Source: Pseudomonadota bacterium (GTDB lineage: Bacteria > Myxococcota > JACRCW01 > JAFGSX01). Taken from it: a stretch of DNA of 64,000 nt. How positions within the stretch are numbered: the first letter of the stretch is position 1; each line of letters begins with the position of its first letter. The stretch covers positions 128,001 through 192,000 of the forward strand of contig JBDRCO010000023.1 in the NCBI GenBank assembly GCA_043821645.1, in the 5' to 3' direction. A model generated the notes under the pieces. That model did not search any database. It was not told where the DNA came from and saw nothing but the letters and a program-made list of their open reading frames with translations. This document shows, piece after piece, positions 56,891 through 64,000 of the stretch. Position numbers and translations under genes: made by a program.

Positions 56891-57661
56891 TCACTTCACC
56901 CCGGCCGGCAAGGCCGGCGTCGGTGGTCGGCCAATAGGGCCACGCCTCTGGTTCGGCTCCCAGGGCGACGTCATGAAGCGTTCGAGCGCGAGCACCGGAC
57001 AGTCGAAGGCGTTCTCGCCCACGGTCTCGAGCACTCCGCGCTCGACGCTGGCGAAGCGAAGCGGCACGCCCACCTGCTCGCCGAAGGCGCGGGCAAACGC
57101 GATGCCACCCTGAACAACCTCGACGCTGGTCTCGTGAATCAGGTGCGCGTTGGCGACCAGACCCGTGACCTTGAGACGACTCGCGGCCTCGAGGTCGTTG
57201 TACATGCGCTGGCAGCCCTCCGCGGAGTCGGTGAAGGGACGGCGCTGATTGACGACCTGGAGCACATCGGCCTTTTGCAGCCTCAACGTCGCCGAATAGG
57301 TCCCCAGCACGCGCGCACCCAGGTCATCACCGCCCACATCGAGGACCACGTGACCATCGGCGCTGGCGATGGCGCCCGCCACTTCGCGCAGCAGGATGGG
57401 CAGATCCGCAAAGGCATACTCGTTGGCCGGCGCCACCACCTCGATCCCCTGGGCCTCGACGTGGCTGCGCGCCTCCCGGCTGCGGAAGAACAGGTTGATG
57501 ATGTCCAGGTCAACCAGTTGAACGCGTGCACCCGTGGTTCTGAGGGCCAGCGCGTAGTTGATCGCGATCTCGGTCTTGCCGGATCCGAAGTTTCCAATGA
57601 AGACGGTGACCGGCTGGGGCGGCGGGAGGTTCCAGTGGTTGTGGCCTGGTGCCATGGTCAT
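56891..57661 (-). CDS. P-loop NTPase (MinD/CobQ-like) leading the oxidoreductase operon
   Basis: GNFGSGKTE, DLDIIN.FFRSRE and DVGGD..GA motifs. Confidence 0.85.
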   Translation of the reverse strand: MTMAPGHNHWNLPPPQPVTVFIGNFGSGKTEIAINYALALRTTGARVQLVDLDIINLFFRSREARSHVEAQGIEVVAPANEYAFADLPILLREVAGAIASADGHVVLDVGGDDLGARVLGTYSATLRLQKADVLQVVNQRRPFTDSAEGCQRMYNDLEAASRLKVTGLVANAHLIHETSVEVVQGGIAFARAFGEQVGVPLRFASVERGVLETVGENAFDCPVLALERFMTSPWEPNQRRGPIGRPPTPALPAGVK

Positions 57662-57957
57662 GGTTCCCGATCCGCTATGTGCTGCCGCTCCGTACACGCA
57701 CAGCTCGGCGCTGCGCCGGCCTCCCCCCTTGCGCGCTGCTTGCGGATCTGCAGGCGCCAGGTCTCTGCTGGTGCGCCCGCTTCAGCCGCTTCATCCCGCC
57801 CGGATTCTCATCCAATTCATGCCAAGAGCGTCGTCACCATGCGATCTGGACCGTCAAAAGTCAATCGCTGCGCCGGTGGGAACGCACCGGCACTGGAGGC
57901 CATGTGACGACGAACCACACCGAGTGTGAAGGCTCTTGTGGCGGGAGAAGCTCCAGA

Positions 57958-60051
57958 TCAGGCCATGTTCACGATGCCGGTCTCGGCGAGCACATAGAGC
58001 ACGGCCAGGGCGCGCTGCTGTGCATCATGGGCCACGGCGCCACAGCTCAGGATCACCTGAGGCAGACTTCGCTCCCCGTCAATGGCCCGCACCACAGCGA
58101 GTTCGTCCGGACGGAGCCGAAGCGCATCGATGTGGGACGCCTTGGCATCGCGCAAATTGACAAGTCGCTGGCCACGCGGGACCAGGTTGGCCTTGAGCTC
58201 CTCGAGGGTGAAGGTACGGCGAATCGCGCGGGTCAGGAGGCCTGGCAAGGACGCGATGCGGAAGTGCACGGTGACCGGAGGCGGCGCTTCTGGAAAAACC
58301 CGCACCCGGGCATGCGGCCAGGCGAAGCACGGATAGAGACGGCTACGCAGCAAGGCGCCGAGGTCACGGCGCTGCGCCTCGACGTCGACATCCGGCAGCC
58401 TGAGCAGGGCCACGTCGATGGGTACCAGGCGCGTCAGGGTCTCGTTCAGAGCCAGGCGCGCTCGCCTCGCCCGCTGGTCCTCGATGCGGAGCATCAGGGC
58501 GGGCAACCCATCCTTATGGCGTGAACTCGCCACGTAGAGAAGACGCCCCTCCTTCAGGTACAGCTCGCGCCATTGATCCGGCGTCGCGTTCTCGATGCGC
58601 AGCAGCCCACTGAGGCGACGCAACGAAGCCTCGTAGAGCACCCGGGTCAGGGAGACCTCGGCAAGCGAGATCTCGAGGCGTGGTGGTCCCTGCGGCGGCG
58701 GCCAGGCAGCCACGGTATCCCACAGGCAGGCCTCGCCAAAGCGTCGGACCGGGATGTGCGGTGCCCCGACCAACCCGAGCTGCCGCACGCTCCCGTCATC
58801 CTTGGCGAGCCTGTCGACGAGCGCCTCCAGTTTCACCTCCCCGAGAAGCTGATCGCCAGCACCCAGAAGCTGGACCAGCGGCTCAGGCGGCGCACGCTCG
58901 TCGATGTCAAAATCGAAATCTTCACCAGTCCCCAGCCCAGGATCGGTCTCGATCTGCGAGCCCATGGGCTCTATCCAGCTCGCCGGTGGCTCCGGATCAA
59001 ACGCGGTGTTGCCCCCCATCTGCAGGGCCAGGATGCGCGAGGTGTTGTCGGTGAAATCGCCCCAGTCGTCATCGCCGACCTGGCCGCGGGGCAGTGGTGG
59101 CGGGAGCACGAGGGGCAGGGCCTCGAACGGAAAGAGTGAACTCATCACGTCGCCAATGCGCCTGCGGTTCCAGCGCAAGCGGCGCGCGAAGAGAAAATCG
59201 CTCAGGGCTTCTTCCAGCTCCTGGGCGCTTTGAAAGCGCTTGTCGCGGTCCTTGACCAGCGCCTTTTGCACGATGCGATCGATATCCGGGGCGATCCGCG
59301 GGTTGAAGTTCGAGGGCGGGGGCGCCTCCTCGCCTCGAACCTTGACCAGCACCTCGACGTCGGTGCGGCCAGTGAAGAGACGTTGGCCGGCCAGGGTCTC
59401 CCACAGACTGACCCCGGCGGCGAAGACATCCGCCCGCTGATCCACTTCGAGGTGCTGCAAGATCTCTGGCGCCAGGTAGCCGTACTTGCCGCGCAGCTCG
59501 TGACCGGCCTCGTCGCCCGCGCCGTGCGACACCCCGAAATCCCCGAGCTTCACTTCACCACTGAAGGCCACATAGATATTGGCCGGCGTGACATCGCGAT
59601 GCACCAGCCCCAGGGGTTTGCCGTCGGGACCCGGTGCCGCGTGGGCGAAGCCCAGACCCTTGAGCATCTCGACGAAGCAATGCAGCGTGAAATCTACGGG
59701 CAGGTCGAAGCTGCGGGCCTGGGCGCGCTTGAGCACCTGCAACAGGTCCGCGCCGTGCACGTACTCCAGCACGATGAAGGGCTGGCGCCCCTCCTGGCCA
59801 AGCGACAGGGTCTGCACGACATTGGCATGCTGCAAACCACTCGCGGTCTTGGCCTCGGTGATGAACATCTCGACGAAGCGGGGCTGCGCAGCCAGCGGGC
59901 CGAGCAATCGCTTGATCACCGCTATCTTCTCAAAGCCCTGCGCTCCGTGGGTCCTGGCCAGGTACACCTCTGCCATGCCACCGGTTCCGAGATGCCTGAG
60001 CAACTCGTAGTCGCCGAACCAGTGAGGAACAAAGATGCTCGTCGGCTGCAA
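57958..60051 (-). CDS. Ser/Thr protein kinase with C-terminal DUF4388-like domain
   Basis: GGMAEV, HRDVTPAN, DFG and APE motifs. C-terminal SGLLRI...LYL..G.L..VAS. TTG start after GGAGGAG. Confidence 0.9.
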   Translation of the reverse strand: MQPTSIFVPHWFGDYELLRHLGTGGMAEVYLARTHGAQGFEKIAVIKRLLGPLAAQPRFVEMFITEAKTASGLQHANVVQTLSLGQEGRQPFIVLEYVHGADLLQVLKRAQARSFDLPVDFTLHCFVEMLKGLGFAHAAPGPDGKPLGLVHRDVTPANIYVAFSGEVKLGDFGVSHGAGDEAGHELRGKYGYLAPEILQHLEVDQRADVFAAGVSLWETLAGQRLFTGRTDVEVLVKVRGEEAPPPSNFNPRIAPDIDRIVQKALVKDRDKRFQSAQELEEALSDFLFARRLRWNRRRIGDVMSSLFPFEALPLVLPPPLPRGQVGDDDWGDFTDNTSRILALQMGGNTAFDPEPPASWIEPMGSQIETDPGLGTGEDFDFDIDERAPPEPLVQLLGAGDQLLGEVKLEALVDRLAKDDGSVRQLGLVGAPHIPVRRFGEACLWDTVAAWPPPQGPPRLEISLAEVSLTRVLYEASLRRLSGLLRIENATPDQWRELYLKEGRLLYVASSRHKDGLPALMLRIEDQRARRARLALNETLTRLVPIDVALLRLPDVDVEAQRRDLGALLRSRLYPCFAWPHARVRVFPEAPPPVTVHFRIASLPGLLTRAIRRTFTLEELKANLVPRGQRLVNLRDAKASHIDALRLRPDELAVVRAIDGERSLPQVILSCGAVAHDAQQRALAVLYVLAETGIVNMA

Positions 60052-60260
60052 AGGACTCCTCCGGCGCGTGACCGGCGCATGGTAGGCAGAGACAGCCCCC
60101 GTTTCAAGCAGACACGGCCCCATGCCTCGCGGTCACATTCGACGTCTGCGGTCAGGTCGAAGCTGGAGCCGGTGAACGTGCCGCCCGACCACGCAACCGC
60201 ACGCAGCACGGCCCACACCCTACGACTCGAGCTCCGTGATTGGCAGGGACATCGACGCAC

Positions 60261-62156
60261 TCAACGCAGGTTGTTGCGGACCGAGCCTGTTCGACGGCAG
60301 CGCCATCCTAAAAGCCCCAGCAGGAAAAGAATCCCAGGCCGGGAGACACTCGTTCTGCACTGGCAGCCTGCGGTGCTGGGAGTAGGCGGATCGCACGGCT
60401 CCCCGACGCAGGCCAGTGAGCGGTCGTCCGCGTCTCCACCCGAGACTGCTGCATCGACACCAGTGTTCGCGACGCTGTCGTTCGTGGCCAAGTCCGAGCC
60501 TGCCCAAGCGTCACCCGTGTTGCTGGCATCGACGGGAGCAACGGTCCCGACGTCAGCCAGGCTGGTTCCCGCATCCGGAGTGCCTGCATCAGCGGCCATG
60601 CACTGACCTTGCGCGCAGGTCTGCTCCGCACCACATGCACCACACACGCCGCCACAGCCGTCCGGTCCACAGACGCGCCCCGCACAATCGGGCACACAGC
60701 CAGCACGTGGCTTTCCCCATAGCATGGTGCGTGCGTAGCCCAGCCCCAGGCTGGCGCCCATGCAGAACTCGCCCACCGCGGTCGGGCCCTCCAGAAACCA
60801 CATGTACGGATCCTGCAGATCCTCGCCGAGCACAAACCAGCGCAGCACGTCCCAGGCGTAGAAGTAGCAGGGGCCCATATGCAGGCCCCCCGCCACCAGG
60901 GCCCGGGTGTCGTAGCCCCGGTCCGCCATCAGGGGCTCGACCATGAGAATCTGGCGCTTGCCGCGGTTGGTCATCTCGACCAGGTCGGCGTACTTGTCGT
61001 TGCCCGGGCTGCGGCCCATGTCCATCCAGTCGGCATAGCCCCAGTTCTCCTGGATGAAGGTGGTGGAGCCAACGCGGGCGCTGTCGCTGCCCGCGCAGAG
61101 GTCGGCGATCGCCTGGTATGGGTAGAACACGTAGAGGTAGCGGCGCAGGGTGCCCTGACCGGGGTCGGGCGGATACGCACTGAGGCCGGCGCCGCGCATC
61201 CTCCAGTAGATGCCACCGATGTAGAAGGCCAGCAGTTCCCGCTCGCGGTCACTCAGCGCCGGGTGCAGCAGCTCTGGGCGCACCCGCCCCTGGGCCTCGA
61301 CGGCGGCGCGGTCGTCCGCGGCCTGGGCCAGCCCCTCGCTGTACAGGGTGTTCAGCCCGCTGCGCACCGCCGTGAGCTCGTCGACCAGGGTCCCGATGGT
61401 GGTGGCCAGACTCTGTCGCGCCACACTGTCAAAGCAGCTCGTGTTTGCCTGCAGCAGCCCGAGCACACTGGCATAGGCGTCGAGGCGACTCTGGAGCTGG
61501 GCCTGCAGCGGGTCATGGCGGATCTTGGCGATCACTCTTCGAGCAGTCGCGACAAAATCGTCCGGGAGCAGGCCAGACGGGTATTCGACATGGGTCAGGG
61601 CTTCACCAGCGTAACTGATGAGGCCCTCGAAGCTGGACAGGTACTCGCCGGTGACCGCTCCCGGAGTCTGCCTGAAGACAAAGGTCTCGGGGAACTCCAC
61701 CTCGAGACAGGTCTCGTCGACGTGCTCGAGGGCAGCGCCTATTCGAGTGTTCACGCCCTGACAGGCCAGGGACGGGTTCGGCACCAGCAAGTTCGGGACG
61801 CTGAAGCGAGCATGCTCGACGCAGGACTGCGGGACCCGATCCCAGGCCGGGTCCTCCCCTGGCCCAGACGCCGCGGCGCGCTCCAGGGCGTCGACGACAT
61901 CCGTGAAGAAGTACAGATCCGCCAGGTCGACACTGCGAGCCTCCAGTTGCCCGGGGGGCAAGCCAGGGAGGTCGGTGCCGAGCTCGGCGAGTTTCTCCTC
62001 GACGTAGGCCGGATTCGCCGTGTCTTGAGGATCGAGATCAAAGGGCCAGGGATTCGGCTGGCCGCGCGAGAGAGCCGGCACGAGCAGGCAGATCACAAAG
62101 GGGAGCACGCCGAAGCAGCGAGGCTGGGACCGGGGAGCGGCGCGGTACTGCGACAT
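60261..62156 (-). CDS. Secreted protein with Cys-rich module and MYXO-CTERM-like sorting signal
   Basis: Signal peptide, CVPDCAGRVCGPDGCGGVCG module, DAG-rich linker, and GCQC + hydrophobic stretch + RRR tail. Confidence 0.8.
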   Translation of the reverse strand: MSQYRAAPRSQPRCFGVLPFVICLLVPALSRGQPNPWPFDLDPQDTANPAYVEEKLAELGTDLPGLPPGQLEARSVDLADLYFFTDVVDALERAAASGPGEDPAWDRVPQSCVEHARFSVPNLLVPNPSLACQGVNTRIGAALEHVDETCLEVEFPETFVFRQTPGAVTGEYLSSFEGLISYAGEALTHVEYPSGLLPDDFVATARRVIAKIRHDPLQAQLQSRLDAYASVLGLLQANTSCFDSVARQSLATTIGTLVDELTAVRSGLNTLYSEGLAQAADDRAAVEAQGRVRPELLHPALSDRERELLAFYIGGIYWRMRGAGLSAYPPDPGQGTLRRYLYVFYPYQAIADLCAGSDSARVGSTTFIQENWGYADWMDMGRSPGNDKYADLVEMTNRGKRQILMVEPLMADRGYDTRALVAGGLHMGPCYFYAWDVLRWFVLGEDLQDPYMWFLEGPTAVGEFCMGASLGLGYARTMLWGKPRAGCVPDCAGRVCGPDGCGGVCGACGAEQTCAQGQCMAADAGTPDAGTSLADVGTVAPVDASNTGDAWAGSDLATNDSVANTGVDAAVSGGDADDRSLACVGEPCDPPTPSTAGCQCRTSVSRPGILFLLGLLGWRCRRTGSVRNNLR

Positions 62157-62409
62157 GATGCTCCCTGGCTTACCGAAGGCCCGGCTTCCGTGCTGCTTGC
62201 GGAGCGGCATGGGACTGCCTGTGTTGGCTGTCGTTCCACTCATGGCAGCTCAAGTATGAGCATGTAGGTTGAGGTCACACATCGGTCGATCGGACGATGA
62301 GCGCAGGCGCAGGTCGATCGAATGCAGGATGACTTTTTCACCCGCTACAGGCCGGAATGACACCAGGTACTGGTCATGGTGGGAGAAAACGGTCGTGGAC
62401 GCGTTCGGA

Positions 62410-64000
62410 TCAGGAATCCACGCGCACCTTGAGCGGTGAGGCCCAGGCCTTGTGCTCGGCGGTGTAGTACAGGTAGGTCGAGGATGCGGGCGCGGTGTAG
62501 GTGCCAGGCACGTTGGCCACCAGGTCGATGGCAACCTCCTTCTTGGCGCGCGGCGGCAGGGCCCTGTAGTACACGATGACCTCGCGCGGCCGGGTCTCGT
62601 AGAAGTCGACCAGCTTCTTGTCGACCAGCTCTTTGAGCTGCCAGGTCTGGAAGGTCAGGCCGCCGGGGATGCCAATGCGGATGAGGGTCATGGGCAGGCC
62701 CTCGTCGCTGGTGCTCTCGAGGTTCGCCGTCACCCTCACGGTCTCGCCCATCTTGACCTCGCTCTTGGCTGCGGTGGTGGTCAGTTTGAGCGGTACCTCC
62801 GGGCTGTTGGCGGGATCGTTGCTCCGGTAGTCCACGCTCACGGTGTAGGGCAGCTCTGCCGCCGAGGTCAGCACCAGCTCCACGGTGTTGGCGCCGGCGG
62901 TCAGGTGCTTGCCGAGATCCTCGAACACGATGGGCTCGTTGCGGCCGGCATCGAAGCTCAGGGTCTGCACGGTGTCACCGTTGACCTTGATGGCGATCTC
63001 GCCCCCAGCCTTCATGCGCTTGGCAGCGCGGTCGTAGGCCGTGATGGCCTTGAGCGCCAGGATGGTGGCCTGGGTCGAGCCGAAACCGCCGTAGCCTGAA
63101 CTCTGGGTGAGCAGCCACTGCATCGCGCGCTGCAAGGCCACGGGCTGCTTGCCGTCCTTGGCCAGGGCCAGAATGGCCAGCGAGGTGGTCTCCACGTCGA
63201 GACTCTGGCCACCGGAGCGGGTGACCGAGTGGGTGGTGCCGGCGAAGCGGCCATCCTTCTGCTGCAGCTTCTCGAGCCTGTCGACCAGGGTTTTCGCCGC
63301 GCTGCCCCGGGTGTTGAGCTGGGCGTTGGCGGCGAGCGCCACGATGTAAGGATCGCTCGAGGTCTTGGCGCGGTTGGTGACCGTGGTGAGTTCGAGGTCG
63401 AGGTCGCTCATCCCGGCCTCGGTCAGGGCGTACACGATGTAAGCATCGGTGACCTCGGTGCTGGCGCCGCCAAAGCTGTCCAGGGCGCGGCTGTTGCGCT
63501 GGAACCCACCCTTGCCGTCGCGGCGACTGTACAACCACTTCTTGGTGCGCTCGATCATGGCGCTGTCGACGCCGCCAAACACGGCCTTCATGTCGACAAA
63601 CTCCATCAGGCCGTAGGCGGTCAGGGCCTCGTGCCCCGGGTCGCCACCGAACCACTCGTAGCCCTTCTGCGGACTCTCATAACCGGCGATCTTTCCGTAG
63701 CCCGAGGTCAGCAGCCGGCTCGAGCGCTCGACGATGGCGGGCTCGGCCGCGTCGTGTTCCTGCAAGTAGCGCATGACCATGATGTTGGGGTAGTTGCTCG
63801 ACGAGGCCTGCTCGAAGCAGCCAGAAGGCTCCTGCAGGATGCTCGCCACGCCGCTGAGCATCTGTGCCGCGGGCGACGGGTAGAACGAGACCACACCCGC
63901 CACACTGCCCTCGACCGCACCCTTGAGGTCGAAGCTGTGGGAGGCCTTCTTGGCCAGGTTGCCGCTCTGCGAAAGGTTGCGCGGGAAACCAAGTGGCACC
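62410..64000 (-). CDS. Alpha-2-macroglobulin/thioester-containing protein, C-terminal part
   Basis: PSGCFEQ thioester-like motif, YEWFG, LTAYGL, STQAT, and a C-terminal receptor-binding-like domain ending YLYY. The 5' end is outside the window. Confidence 0.9.
   Translation of the reverse strand, partial: VPLGFPRNLSQSGNLAKKASHSFDLKGAVEGSVAGVVSFYPSPAAQMLSGVASILQEPSGCFEQASSSNYPNIMVMRYLQEHDAAEPAIVERSSRLLTSGYGKIAGYESPQKGYEWFGGDPGHEALTAYGLMEFVDMKAVFGGVDSAMIERTKKWLYSRRDGKGGFQRNSRALDSFGGASTEVTDAYIVYALTEAGMSDLDLELTTVTNRAKTSSDPYIVALAANAQLNTRGSAAKTLVDRLEKLQQKDGRFAGTTHSVTRSGGQSLDVETTSLAILALAKDGKQPVALQRAMQWLLTQSSGYGGFGSTQATILALKAITAYDRAAKRMKAGGEIAIKVNGDTVQTLSFDAGRNEPIVFEDLGKHLTAGANTVELVLTSAAELPYTVSVDYRSNDPANSPEVPLKLTTTAAKSEVKMGETVRVTANLESTSDEGLPMTLIRIGIPGGLTFQTWQLKELVDKKLVDFYETRPREVIVYYRALPPRAKKEVAIDLVANVPGTYTAPASSTYLYYTAEHKAWASPLKVRVDS

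Overview
High-GC bacterial window, most likely Myxococcota/deltaproteobacterial: it carries Hanks kinases, a MYXO-CTERM-like protein, Hsp70 paralogs, Cys-rich lipoproteins and an alpha-2-macroglobulin. Most of it is housekeeping or metabolic: rapZ-hprK, gpsA, def, an RluA-family synthase, a porin, an NDP-sugar synthase, thrABC, ALDH/Fe-ADH, transporters, orn, an HDAC-family deacetylase and an ABC exporter. The standout is a split, apparently sigma54-driven locus at 23.8-32.7 kb. Unit 1 encodes a metallo-beta-lactamase-fold hydrolase with two cNMP-binding domains and an FnIII-like protein with a Cys-rich tail. Unit 2 encodes a small CxCC protein, a Zn-ribbon-containing E2-like enzyme, a JAB peptidase and an E1/ThiF enzyme. 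An Hsp70 gene lies between the two units on the opposite strand. The units share near-identical -24/-12 promoter motifs and two kinds of Cys modules, but I see no recognisable ubiquitin-like (beta-grasp, -GG) gene. This suggests an unusual ubiquitination-like system with a non-canonical or trans-encoded modifier. A second notable locus (50.6-57.7 kb) joins a four-subunit 2-oxoacid:ferredoxin oxidoreductase to a HydABC/NuoEFG-like module that has bifurcation-type motifs and no catalytic subunit of its own. I saw no rRNA, tRNA, CRISPR array or transposase. All calls come from manual motif reading; no searches were run.
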